Origin: Mobula birostris
Taxonomy: Eukaryota
Length of the DNA: 64,000 bases
Assembly: GCF_030028105.1 (NCBI RefSeq)
Contig: NC_092395.1
Location: forward strand, 32,022,424-32,086,423
Direction of reading: 5' to 3'
Shown here: positions 25,601 through 40,600 of the stretch, in pieces
Numbering within the stretch: position 1 is the stretch's first letter
How the letters are laid out: each line of letters starts with the position of its first letter
Made by a program: the position numbers and the translations under genes
The notes under the pieces: generated by a model
Told to the model about the DNA's origin: nothing
The model's database searches: none
Seen by the model: the letters and a program-made list of their open reading frames with translations, nothing else

Positions 25601-28600
25601 CCATTTAACCAATTTCACAAGTGTAATATAATAGAAAAAAGTTAAACTCAGTTATCCTTACGTTCAAATTTAAATATTAGGAAATTGAACTATATTTTGT
25701 TAATTTCCTTCTTATCCCTAATTTAAAGTGCTATTTATTACCAAAGTGCAACAGGGCCATTGTAGTGAAAAAAGATAAAATATTCATAGCGCAACAATGA
25801 GATCTTCATTTTAAGCTCTGATTTACTAAATTTTCACTTTGGGAGGCTGCAGCTTTTAAATAATTCAAATCTTTTTTCATAGATCCCTTGATATTGGTCG
25901 TATGTCCAATATTTGCAAAGAAGTATTTTTGAACACATCCAGACCCTCACATTACAAGCTACAGTATTATAGCACTACTAACATCCCCCTCAGTCATAAT
26001 TATTGCATTGAATGAATTAACATTGCAAGGACTACAGTTCAATTCAGACTTTAATTAAGCACTATTACAGTATCTACTAATCTCCAGTATTACAACACAA
26101 GACATCGGAACAATAAACCCAAGAAGATTCCTCTTGAATTTTTTTTTAAACCTGGCAACATGACAAGAGCTATCAGTAAATTTGGTCTCCAATCACACCA
26201 GAATAGCAAAGTCAAGATTATCACTATGATTACTTACACAACAGGCACCTAATAGGAACTTTGTCTATTACAGCATCAAAAAAAATCATTGCATAATGAC
26301 TTTGTGTTTTTAACTGAAAATGAAGTTTTTAAAAATCTGTTTGTACAAGCAGATTGTGGGGCAATAGACATTAAGTAAATCAAAGACGGGGTTAGACAGA
26401 AAATTTGCATTTTCAACTTCCAGTAATAGAAGTGTTCCAATTACAGATGATTAAACAAAGATTTAAAAGCATATTAGTCCGTGGAAGTCACTTCCAAATT
26501 CAATTGCCAACAATATGGAAAGGAGAAACTTTAAAAAATAGGGTAGTTGATTTTTTTTTAGCTTTAGGCAAGGAACATTGCTAAATTGCAATTTTTTTAA
26601 AGCTACAATTCCAGTATATACTACTAATATCGTTTTATGTTAGCATTTGCTTGACCATTGAAATGCAAGTTTATAGTGTTTAGTCACAAAACAATACATA
26701 CTAGGAAGTTGCGGAGCACGATCTCCAGCATAGAAATTATTCTTGGGCATGGATTTGTCATCCTGTAAAAAAAAGCATTAAAACTTTGGAGTTGACTGTA
26801 ACAGCAGATGGCTTGTAAACAATTAAAATACAGAAAAATTCTAACTTAGAGGTACTGTACGTATTACTCCACATAAGACTATATGGTTACAAATAATCAT
26901 ATGCAAAGCTGGCCAACTCAGAGCCATTGCAACTATTGGTCTTAGTAAGCCAAGTCTTTGAGGAAGTGACAGTTTCTTAATTTAGATCAGGGATTACCAA
27001 CCTGGGGGTCCATGGAGCACTGCTTAATGGTATTGATCCATGGCATAAAAAAAGGTTGAGAACCCATGATTTAGATGAATTGTGCCAGTTGACTTTTCTA
27101 TGCGGTATAACAGTGAAAAAACATACCCAGGAGACACCCAATAGCAAAGCTTCATGCCAGTCAACAGATTACCAAGACCCCACACCAAGTTCTCAAAGAA
27201 ATTCAATCCAATACATTGTTAGAAAAGGAGTGGGATAAGGAGCAAGAAGCCAAATTTCACAGCCTTAATTGTAATTACACTACTTAAAATACTTTAAGTT
27301 TTTAAAATAATCCTTCAAAGATAACCTTAAAATCATGTCCAACATTAATACTGTGAAAGCAAAATTGATCATTCAGATTTCACACACCATCATCCAAACT
27401 AACCATTTTGATGTGCATTGGCCTGTCGAACAAAAGCTGTCCATTGAACATTGCTGAAAACAATTAAGGAATCTTAAACAGTATATATACACGTCTTGAG
27501 ACTATGCAGGTTTCATCAACCTCAAATATTTACAAAATATGCATCACTTAAAAGATTCAGATGTAACAATAAATTGTTCTTTGGTTTAAAATTTTAAGAC
27601 TTCATGAACTAAGATCCCAGTAAAGTTATTTTAAATCAAGAAACAAAATGGCCAAGCAGGGTTGAAAATCCCTACTGCAAATCTAACCAACCTAGACATA
27701 GTTTCATAAAGGATACAAAGAGCTTGAACTGATTCAATTGGACGTTCAAAGGTTACTGTGCCCATTCCACGGCTCTTCCCATCTTTGTCTTCGACAATAT
27801 CAGCCCGTACTACATTGCCTGCCATGGAAAAGACTTCTTTCAACTTCTTCCACCCAACTTTGAAATCAAGCTGTAAGATAATCACGAAATTAGCATATGC
27901 CTCAAAAAAGGTAAGGATTCTACATAATATGCTTTTCCTATCCAATGACAAACTATTAAGAATGCTCCATTGGGTAATTTACAATTTTCATGCGGCCAAT
28001 ATCATCAAGAATACTACCAACTACCAATTGTTCAGAATATAGTCAGCTGTGTTGCTTAAATTAAATTTATTTTTGAACTACTGTTACTGTACACAGGTTT
28101 AATATTACACTCATCTTATGAATTTACCTCAGAAGTACGTGGTGCAATTTAATTTTAAATCAACATTTAAAGTTTTAGGATATATTAGAAGTTATCTCAA
28201 AATGCACCCATGCACACATTTCAATCATGACTAGATGCAATTTCGAAACTGTCAAAAGCAAGAATTTTTCCTTGAGTAAAAGTAATGCAAAGATTTATTG
28301 GCAGATAATAGCTTTCACTGAACAGTATTCAGTATAATCTACTTAGAATGCAACACTAAAAGTGTTGCAGTGTTTACCCCAAAACTTTGTAAATCTAATT
28401 CTGGGGGTTAGGCTGAATAAAAATACTTGAATCTTGGATAGCATTTAGCCAAAATAATTTTTCCTACTATCAATAGCCAATGGGATTACCCGTGATGGGT
28501 TGGGGGATATCTACTACCTTTTGCAGGCTTTTCCATTCAAGGGCATTGGTGTTTCCCTATCAGGCCAATGTGCAACCAGTCAATGTGGCACTAATGAGCC

Positions 28601-31600
28601 AGATTTTCAATGTCCCTCCTATATGCTGATCTGTCACCACTGATTCGACCAACGATAGTGAAGTCATCAGCAAACTTAAATGTGGCATTGGAGCTGTGCT
28701 TAGCCTCACAGTTATGAAGTGAGTAGAGCAGAGGGCTTGTGGTTCACTTGTGCTAATGGAGATGGTGGAGGAGATGCTGCTGCCAATCACAAATTCCTAT
28801 TATCTCCAATGGTGCACATTTTATACTAACGAAGAGCAGATTATATCAATTCTTAATAATCCTCAAATTAAACACCAACTGCAAGATTGTTAGATATGGT
28901 AATATAACATAGAAAACATACAGCACAATACAGGCCCTTCAGCCCACAAAGCTGTACAGAACATGTCCCTACCTTAGAACTACCTAGGCTTTACCCATAA
29001 CCCTGTTTTTCTAAGCTCCATGTATCCATCCAGGAGTCTCTTAAAAGACCCTATCGTTTCCACCTCCACCACCGCCGCCGGCAGCCCATTCCACGTGCTC
29101 ACTACTCTCTGCATAAAAAAACTTACCCCTGACATCTCCTCTCTACCTACTTCAAGCACCTGAAAACTATGCCCTCTCATGCTAGCCATTTCAGCCCTGG
29201 GGAAAAGCCCCTGACTATCCACACGATCAATGCCTCTCATTATCCTGCACACCTCTATCAGGTCACTTCTCATCCTCCATTGCTCCAAGGAGAAAAGGCC
29301 GAGTTCACTCAACCTATTCTCATAAGGCATCCAGGCAACATCCTTGTAAATCTCCTCTACACCCTTTCTATGGTTTCCATGTCCTTCCTTAAGTGAGGCG
29401 ACCAGAACTCAGCACAATACTCCAAGTGGGGTCTGACCCAGGGTCCCATATAGCTGCAATATTACCTCTCGGCTAAATTGCACGATTGATGAAAACCATT
29501 GCACCGTATGCCTTCTTAACCACAGAGTCAACCTGTGTAGCAGCTTTGAGCATCCTATGGACTCGGACCCCAAGATCCCTTTGATCCTCCACACTGTCAA
29601 GAGTTACCAGTAATACTATTTTCTGCCATCATATTTGATCTACCAAAACGAACCACCTGGGTTGAACTCCATCTGCCACTTCTCAGCCCAGTCTTGCATC
29701 TTATCAATGTCCCGTTGTAACCGCTGACAGCCCTCCACACTATCCACAACACCCCTAACCTTTGTGTCACCAGCAATTTACATTCCTATCCCGCCACTTC
29801 CTTATCCAGGTCATTTATAAAAATCACAGAGTAGGAATCCCAGAACATATCCCTGAGGCACACCACTGGTCACCGGCCTCTATGCAAAATATGACCCTTC
29901 TACAACCACTCTCTGTCTTCTGTGGGCAAGCCAGTTCTAGAACCACAAAGCAATGTCCCCTTGGATCCCATGCCTCCTTACTCTCTCAATAAGCCTTGCG
30001 TGGGGTACTTTTATCAAATGCCTTGCTAAAATCCATATACACTACATCTACGGCTCTACCTTCATCAATGTGTTTAGTCACATCCTCAAAAATTCAATCA
30101 GGCTCATAAGGCACGACCTGCCTTTCACAAAGCCATGCTGACTATTCCTAATCATATTATACCTCTCCAAATGTTCATAAATCCTGCCTCTCAGGATCTT
30201 CTCCATCAACTTACCAACCACTGAAGTAAGACTCACTGGCCTATAATTTCCTGGGCCATCCCTACTCCCTTTCTTGAATAAGGGAACAACATCCGCAACC
30301 CTCCAATCCTCTGGAACCTCTCCCATCCTCACTGATAATGCAAAGATCATTGAACTATTTGAAGCTGCTGTTAGTGATTCATTATGCTACCAAAGACAGT
30401 ACCGTCTCTAGCATTCTCTGCCACAAAGGAAATTATTACAACCTTTCCCAAACTAGCTCAGTTAAAATAATCTTATACGCTTAAATCTGACATAAGTGAT
30501 CTCTAATCGCAAATGAAGTCACAAACATAGTTAAGCAACCAGAGCTCCCAATATCTCTTCACACAAAAAAAATCAAACTACAAGCAACATTTTTTTTTAA
30601 AAAGCCACAGTGCAGTGTTTAGCGTGTTAAAAACAAACTATGTTTAGCATACTACATATTTAAAAATTGTAAGTGAAAATAGGGTTCTTTTCTGGTCAAT
30701 CTCTGCATTTGTGACTCTGGTATATCAAACAACTAATTGTAGTACAACTTATGCACATGTTTAAGAGAATGCCAAATGTTTCCAAAAATAATTTCATTAA
30801 TGCTGTTGCTGCAACATAATTTAGCAGATGAAGATTTTGATAGTAATTTTCAACTCACATTAACAATAAAGATGGTGCTTCCAAGTCTGCCAGCTTGCAG
30901 TGCACTGAGAACATCTCTGGGGACATTAGGGTTATTCAAGAGAGCTGGAGGGATATTCATTCCAGGACCACCTCCAATGCCCCCTCCAACCATTCCCATC
31001 CTGTCGAAGCCACCAAACTTCTGCATCATCCGTCTTGCATGCTCGCCATCCAGATCCTAAGTATAAGTTAAGTTAAAATACTGAATAAATAGTCAACATT
31101 CATCTAAAAGAAGAAACTGTTAACATCCCTTTACATCATGGCTTCTTTTTTAAAACAAAAGACCAAGATGGCCTTGGTTTACATTACTATGTTATGTGTG
31201 AACTGGTGCCAGGCAAATAGCCTCTTAATCTCAAGAGAAAGGAGAACTCTCACCACTCACAGTCCTCTCTACGTTGGCGGCACAACAGCAGAAACTTCAC
31301 ATGGCTCCAGAACACATCCTACACCATCAAGAAAGCTCACCAATGCCTCTAGTTTCTGAGGCTGGAGAGCTGGACCTAATACACCAATACTCACATCCTT
31401 CTACAAATTTGCAATAGTGCATCATAACATGCTGCATCACTGAGTACTACAGAAGTTGTACTACAACAGACAGGAAGGCTCTACAAAAGGTAGTCAAAAT
31501 CATTCACCGCATCACCAGCCATCAAGGACAGAAAGGAACAAAATAAAGTCCAGCAATATCATGACGATTTCTACAGAATCTGTTGTGTTTATGATTTGCT

Positions 31601-34600
31601 CCTCCACCTACTAAGCCACCCAACAACACCCCCCACCACCACTACTTATACCTGTCAGACACACCTTATGGACAGACACTCCAGTATACATGATATAAAG
31701 CAACATACCTGTCACTCTATTTACAGTTGCAACAAAGCTCGTGAACTCTTTGTAATTACCCTGCTTTCTGCATTAAATACTCAAATTGTGGTCTAATCGC
31801 AAAAACAGACAAACAATCTGCCTGAACTAATAATACAAACAATTGCACTACTTCTCATCAATGCTGAGTTCACCATTTAAACTATCACAGCCTAGGTTCA
31901 AAAAAAAATGTGAACCTCTGGGGTAATGCCCTCTACAAAAGCTATGTGGAGTCAGGTACTCCATCCATGAGATGAGATTGGAGGTGTCCTGTCCTATTAA
32001 AAAAAGACAGGTTACACAAAATTAGGTTACTGACAGAGCCTGCTCTTCTCAAGAAAGATCTGTTTATGTGCACCATGCCTCAATCAAAACCACTTTCAGA
32101 GGACCTTAGAAGAATTGTAGAGATGCATGAAGCTGGTAAAGGCTACAAAAGCATGTCTAAAGACCTGAATATACAGTCCACAGTAAGAGAAAATGTCTTC
32201 AAACAGAAGAAATTCAATACTGTTGCTATTCTCCCTAGGAGCAGGCATCCTGCAAAGATCACACCAAGAGCACAACATGCAATGTTAAAGGAGGCGAAAA
32301 AGAACCCAGGGATAACAGCAAAAGACCTGCAGAAATCTCTAGAACTTGCCGAACTCTGTTCATGTGTCCACTATAGGAAAAACACTGAATGATGTTCATG
32401 GAAGGACACCACGGAGGAAACCAGTGTTCTCCAAAAAAATAAACATTTTTGCTGCACGTCTCAAGTTTGCAAAAGACCACCTGGATGCTCCACGATGTTT
32501 CTGGGACAACGTTCTGTGGACAGATGAGACAGAAGTTGAACTTTGGCAGAAATGCACACCACTATGTTTGGAGGAAGAAGGGCACTGCACACCAACACCA
32601 AAACCTTATCCCAATTGTGAAGCGAGGTGGAAGGAACATCATGATTTGGGGCTGCTTTGCTGCTTCAGACAGCTTGCAATCGTTGAGGGAACAGTGAATT
32701 CAAAATTGTATCAAGACATTTTACAGGAGACTATCGGTGTAGCAGTCTGTCATCTGAAGCTTAATAGAAGTTGGACGATGCAACAAGACAATAATCTGAA
32801 ACACAAGAGTAAATCAACACAATAGTTTAAAAAGAAAAATAATTGTGTTTTGGAATGGCCCAAGTCAGAATCCAGACCCTAACTGAAACTATTTGAATGG
32901 AGTCAGTCTAAAATTCCTCCTCACCATTGTACAAGTCTGATCAGCAGCAGCAAGGAACATTTAGTGTGGTTATTGTTGCTAAAGGAGTTTCTACCAGTTA
33001 TTAAATACAAGGGTGCACATACTTTTTCCAATCTGGACTGTGAATGAGTAAGCAATGTGTTCAATAAAGACTTGAAAAAAACAATTGTGCGTTATTAGTT
33101 TAGGCAGATTGTGTGTCTATTTTTGTGACCTAGATTAAGATCAGACTACATTTAATAATTAATGCAGAAAACTAGGTAATTGCAAAGGGTTCACAAACTT
33201 TTTCTTGCAACTGCACATACAATGAATCTGTTTATATAAAGCATTTATGTATCTATATTCATTGTATTCTTTATCTTATGGTACTTTATTGAGCTGCATC
33301 AGGTCTCCTTTACCCCTGTATACTGGAATGGACATTAAACAATCTTGAATCTTAATAATGCAGCCAAATAAATAGGTATTTCTGGGGCCCTATTTTGACA
33401 GCACAAGAGGTTTACTCACAGGCTAAGTTGTGTGTTAAAAGTACCATAGAATGGTTCATTGTAGGTAGAACGGAACAAAATGAGACAATAAATTAAAATA
33501 CACTTCATAACTAATGTGGGAGCAGCAATGATGCAATTGTAATATCAGTCTTTTAGACCCATCTTTTCCCAAGGTCAATTGTCCCAATAATGATACAGCC
33601 CATCTCCATTTAAATCTGCTTCAAAATTAAATCACTTACCTCTTTCACTTTAAGAGGTCTTCCACTAAAACTCTGCTTGTCCATTACCTCGACAGCCTTC
33701 TTCATGTTTTCTTCACTTTTGAACTCCACAACACTGAAAAAGAAGTGCACATTACACAAATCCTTCCAGACAATACTTTGGCTTGGAACTATACATCTAG
33801 TTAACCTTTCCATCACTGCTTGTAAATATGTTAATTACTATGCAGCAGCCTGTCCAAAAAGTTATAAAACAATTGGAAAAACTCAGTATGTCAAGCAGCA
33901 TCTGCTGAGGCAAAGGGATGGTCTGCATTTCAGACTGTACCCAGATTTAGGAATTGAGGCTGTTGAGGGATGACAGTCAGTATAGAAATGAAGAAAGGCG
34001 AGATGGGGGTCAGTAGATGACAATGGGAACCAGATCAAGGGAGAAAGATCACAGTTTAACACAGGGCAGGGATAGGTGGAAAGAGAAAAAGTGAACAAGA
34101 AATGGGAACCTGGGTGGACTGATGGCAGTGGTAAAGAACACAAGGGTACAAGTTAACATTCGAAGAGCATTTGATAGCTCTGGCTCTGTACCTGGGAGTT
34201 CAGAAGGATGATGTGGGAACCCCAGATTCTCCTTCCTTTTGTTCAAACCCCCCCCCCCCCACAAAGACCCATTACCTCACCCACATCGTTACTTGCGTCT
34301 GCCCAAGACCCACATTCTTATCTACCTGTGGTTTAACACTAGTATAGCCTTGGTTCACTCACCTCACCCACACATGGCCTGAATACCCCCCCAATCCAGC
34401 CCGACCTGTCACCAGTCTCTTTTAACGATTCCACCTCCCCCCCCAAACATGTATCCACCTACCAGGCTCTTTTCTCATTCCCTGCCTCAATTCAATATAC
34501 TTGCTTTCTAGTATACAGCATGCTGTTTGACCCACAGTTCTTTCAACTGTTTACTTTGTCCAGATTCCATCATCTCGAATCTCTTTGCCACCTTCCCAAT

Positions 34601-37600
34601 CAGTTTTGTACTTCTCAAAATTCATCCACCAACCCAGTTAGGGCTTAACTTAAGCTTACATTTCCATGCACCTGTTCCTTTCATACACTTCAAATCCCTA
34701 TTCACATCTAGTAATGGATAATACGCAGGGAGTTTCACAACCTAACTCACACATCTATATTCAAAATCTACAAACATGCAATTTAGCCAGTAAACACAGA
34801 AACCACAGGAACACTCTTGTCTCACCACAGAAACATGGCAACGATTAATACCCATTCCATCTCCCAGCACCATTCTTACACAACATATGTATGGATCAAA
34901 CTTAGTTTAAATATCTCATATTAGGAAAGAGAACTAAGACTGAAGGGAAACTTACCCACATCCCTTTGGTCACAGTTGATAGCATGTAAAGAAGGAAAAA
35001 ATGTAAAAATTAAATAAAGAATATTGAGATCCATACAAAAATTGAAATAACCTATATTGACAATACAGGGGGAGTAACTTCATCACCATTTGACTAAATA
35101 TTGATCCTCTGCTGTGTACCCTCTAAAATTTGTTCTTGCATCATGTAATGCAAAAGGAAGATCATGAGCTAGTAACAATGCACAAGGAACAGAGGTTCCA
35201 GAGAACCAATACAATCCCACCAAATACCCAACGATGGGCATAACAGGTGGGACATACCAAGCACAAGCTGGACATCACCACTCAGAGCCGGAAGCAAATT
35301 TTGTAAAACAACTGCCACAGGCCACTCTTTAGAGCACCCAATGGCTGATTTAAGAGACCTGGGAGCAGGTTGTATGTTAATAAATTTGCACACAGCTCAG
35401 AAAGTGAGACACTAAATGATCTCTCCAAAAATAACTCATGGTATTTTGCCAGGCTCTTTTAGACATTTCCAGCCTTCAACTTATTAGGACCCATGGGTAA
35501 ATTCAGAGCAAAACATACTGGTGTATATATTAAAAGTTCTGATTGAAATATCATCATTTTCCCATCTAAACCCAGTTATTTCAAAATGGGGACTATACAG
35601 AAAAATTCCTGATTTAACTCTCAAAGTAAGATACTTTTAAAATTATTCCGAGCTGGACTTCATATTGTGGATAGTGGCAGCTCTACAGCATTAACCAAAT
35701 AAACATGATTTTCATAAACCTTACATCAAACTATCACTTCCACCATGTGTCTAAAATCCATCCACTTTCACATTTCCATTGACAACTTATTCAACATCCC
35801 ACTCTATGCTTAACACCATTAAGGATCAGAACCAAAATATTCCCCGTTTTGACGATTACAGCCCTGGTTAGCATAACATCAGGAAAGACAAAAATACCTG
35901 ACATCCCTCAACAGTTGCTTGTTTAAGCTGTATAGCAGATATATTTGGTAATGTTTCTTTTTGACATTATTTGACAAAGTGAACATCCTTCAATCTTCCC
36001 ACACTAAATACAAAGTGCCAAATCAAGGCTACAATGATTCAGGGGGCAAACAACATTATGGATAATCCATTCACTTTACATAATGCACAGGGGTCATCTT
36101 ATAAACCCTTAAGGTTCATAAACCACATTTTGTGGTGGGCAAAAGGCAAATATAGCACAATGCTTAGCCATACAAGCATAAAGGTCCAGATTCTGATCAG
36201 TGTTGAACTAACTAGAGGGGACAATGTCAAAAAAGTTAGGGGGGGAAAAAAATCAATCACCTCTGACAACTACAACAATTCCAGTTGAAAAGTGCAGATA
36301 TGATACAATGGATGTTTCAGACTTCACTACGAGGCTTTCCAATCAAATGACTTACTGTCAAGGCGTACACATATACAATTTTGGCAGGCACCAAACTGGT
36401 GCCAGCTGTAGCAAAATGATTGTCTACTTATCACTGCGTTCAGAAGGCATAGGAGCAAATGTAATGTTGGTGAGGGGAAAATAATAAATCCATTGCATAA
36501 ACCTTTCTAACTACTTAACATACTGTACCACATTTTCAAGTACTTTTGAAAAACATGGAGACTATCAAAGACAACCAAAATATTAAAATGCACTAATTAG
36601 TTCAACTTTGACAAAATAGCACCAAATATGCCTGCTATAGTCAATAGCTTTACATTCACATCCTCTTCTCTCCCCCCACCCCCACCTAGCCACATCCACA
36701 TTTCTAAGCTTCAAAATTCAAAGTCTAACAAAGCCCACTTCCAGTATTCCATATCCTGTGCATTTTACATTTGCAATGAAACCACAGAAGAACTCATTCT
36801 TTATCACTTACCCTCGACTTTCCATCCGCATCCATAAAGAGTTCCACGTAAGTAACCTCACCAACTACAAACCAGATCCCAGACGAAACATACACGGAAG
36901 GAGAAAAGCCAAGAAAACAATTGGAATTCAGCAAAAACATTGACAACGTTATGTAGTAACCTGAGCCCTCTAAAAGCCCAGAATATCATTCCATATTCCT
37001 AAACCTTCTTACTATGCTATGTACAGGTGTGCAGTGATCCCAAGTCTAACCCAATCTAGAATGGTCATATTAAACTACAACCCTTAATATCATTGTTACC
37101 AGTTACTAACAATATTACATACAACAAGCCCTTTTACGTCTGCCCAGTGTTCTAAACACATACTTCCCAAACTGGAACTCTTCTCAAGTGTGCCCAGCCA
37201 ATAAGGATGTCACGTTATAATATGCAAAATACACATCTTCCTCTCTCCCTAATCCACAACCAATTAAATATCAAACAAAATGATCAAAAATCAAACATGA
37301 AAGCCATAAACATTCAACAAATTGAGATTTATAATATTAATAAACAAACGATTGCATTATATATTGTGACATCCCCACCAGCAACCACCAATAGCAGCAG
37401 AGTCTGCTTCCATTATCACCTTCATGACTTTTAATCAACTGTGATAGAATCAATCCGTTGTATGACCAAGTTCTTTTTTTTAAAAAAACCTAATTAGATC
37501 TGATCTCAAGAGTTCCCAGCTGCTACATGACTAGTATCCATTTACACGTACAAAACACTAAGCCATCAGTCAAGACAACTTTTAGCACAGACAGTCCCTG

Positions 37601-40600
37601 TTAATAGCAAGCTGAGGTTTCAAGATGTTTGCTGCCATCAAGGTCCTTTCCTTTACCTCTACCCCAACCCTCAGACTTTGAATGGTATATTTCTTAGCTT
37701 CATAGGATATCAAAATATACCTTCACAATTTAATTTTAATTCATTATTATTCTGACAAAAATAAAGGAAGCCAAGCTCTCCTGAATAGAACAAAGGACCA
37801 GTAAGAGAAAACAAATATTGCTGCAATCAATTTGTACTGTCTTTCTGTTCATACAAGATGAGAATTCTTAAGATTTACAAAATTTTAATTTTGCGATGAT
37901 CAATTTTCAATAGGTTACTTTATACATATAAAACCTGAGAATACTGTTTCCTAGATGTATGCACTCAGCAATTAGGACAGTACTGCAGGGATATTAACAC
38001 TTACACTGAACTCAGTATACATCCCATGTTTATGTTTTGTTAATATTAACGGGATAAAAATTAACTTGGACTGGGAAAGGGATGAAGAGGAAAAAAGGGT
38101 AGGAGCTAGAACAAATAACTATCATCTATTCTCATGAGTTTAGTACATAAATGGTGTTATTTTACTGGAGACTAAGCAGCAATCAATTCCATGAGATTTC
38201 CTTCAATGTTACCTTCTTTTTGAAAAAAAATCTACAATTACTGTAATCACTGCAACATGTTGAAGCAGGGAATTAAACTGTAAATCCACCCTGCATCGTA
38301 ATGCTATTAATAAATTTAAATATTTCCCAAATGCAAAAATGTGTAGAGTCAAACTTGCTTTTAAAAAGAATTGCCTGTACTCCAATAACTCTCCTGCACT
38401 AGGCAGTGGGTCTCAACTGTTCTTAACTTGGCTTAGTGCAGTACAAAGACTACATTTAGGCTGAATACAGAGATTGGTTCCCTACACACCTGTACCACAA
38501 TAATCCCATCATTCTACTATCTAAATCATTTAGACATCATCAGTAATCTACAATACCAAAGACATGTGAAACTGAATGGGCACATTCCCAGTATTACACC
38601 AATTTTAGGCCACCAACTTTTGAGTCTTACCGCTTGAAGCCATCACTACATCAAGAAAGGCAGGAGTCTACACAAACCTAAAATTGACACTTTGTGATTT
38701 CACATGTAAAACAAAGTCTGCTGATGCTTCTTTCCTGTCAGACTACTAAATACTGGTAACATCAAGTAGTCCTATTCAGCAGCAGCATGCACCATGGTGG
38801 ACTGTTCGCACTTCTGTTCTGAATGACCAATAATCCTTTTTCACGCAGTTGCTGAACACACAATTGAATGTCAATTTCACGGAAAAGTCAAGAATGGCTT
38901 TCCAGAGTCAAGTGAATCAGATGGTTATTGGAAGAATTATAGAATTTCATTAATATACCAAAAATGAGGTGATAATGTTAAACATTTTGTTCAAAATATT
39001 TACTCCAAACAGCAGAAAGCATATAATCAAGTAAATGGAACTTCTGCCCACAATTTAGTAAGCTTGCACTGTCCAACTCTAAAGCAAATGATCAGATATT
39101 CATAGGACTGATGGGGCAGTAGGAAGGAAGTGTGGTTGTGGTAAATGAGACAAAGTAGCACTTCTGTCTCTTCCATGGATGCAGCAACACTTTCATCTAG
39201 TTAAGACTTCTTGCTGTAGTGATAACTCATTTTAATGAGCTATATGTATTTCAATGGTCAAAACACTTTCCTCAACTTAAGGACATATGTTCAAAACTGT
39301 GTTCAACTTTACTCCAAAGTTCCAAATGTTAAGACAGTATCCATTGTGTCAGGCTGTTCAAGTTACCAATCTTCAAACATTCAATGCATCACTTTGTATA
39401 TAACACCAACTCCTTACCAAATTTGTGAACTTACGAAATGATGGCATTTCCTCACTGACCTTCAACTAAATTGCAAAATGACAAAATATTTTCTTCAGCA
39501 TTGCTACTGTTTCAGAAAAGTTACAAGTTAACAAAACTCCAAATGTGCAAAACAATCATGTAATTAAGTGCACCCACAAATTATTCTTAAAGCAATGATA
39601 CTTTTAACAATAAATAAAATCACAGTAATATGCACATTGCAACCACTGATTCAGGAAATCTGGTTTAGCTGTTAATGGGGATTGAGAAATACGATCTTAT
39701 AGGATAAAACAATCAACACGCAAGATTCTCACAGATACAGGGTGTGATTTCTTTAAAGCAAGGTATTCTCAACAATTTTGTAATGCAGCCTTTGTATAGA
39801 GTTTGCACTTTCAGGATCAAATTTCCTGTCAGCCATCAATTCAATGTAATTATCATAGAATTAAAGTGGTTCTATCCAGCACAGGTACTCCAACCTCTAT
39901 TGGTTAAACAAGCAAAAAGATTCCAAAAAGTACAATGCACATGCCTGTGAAAGTACAAAGACTTGTGTAATTTGTAAAGAATATAACTTTTTAAATTAGG
40001 AATCTCTCTCAACTACACTATTACCCAACTAAAGCTCAGGGGATGCTCTTTTAAAAAGCCATTCCTAACCAATAGAATTATGGAGTGCTTGAAAAATTGT
40101 TAAATGCAAACTTGCTGCAATATACACAAGTAGTTAAAAAAAACAAATTCTAGTACTAAGTTACATTTAGTGCTGACTTAACTGATATCTATTCATAGCC
40201 TTATATCGTCATGTCTCTTTCAATGAACAGCAATATCAAGATCAGAGCCATCTATTTTAAAATACTATACTACTGAACATTAGTGGTTATTGAATGCAAC
40301 GAAGACATCAACCCCTCTTAACACAGGAAATCTGGCACCTGTAGTTAAGAAAGGTCAAGCTATTATTTCAGGGGTGCCACCTTTACTACAATTAGCTGAT
40401 ATTTTAAAACAGAAAAAAGGGGTTTTGAAAAAACAGGAACACCTCTAAAATGTTTAAGTCCATCCTCCTCACAAAGATTGACATGCTAATTTCAACTTTA
40501 TCCATATTGTTACATTTCCAATATTTGTACAATAGAAAAACAGCAATCAGAAGAACATCAATTTGAGTATTGTCCAGGTTTGAATATTTCCACCAAAGTA

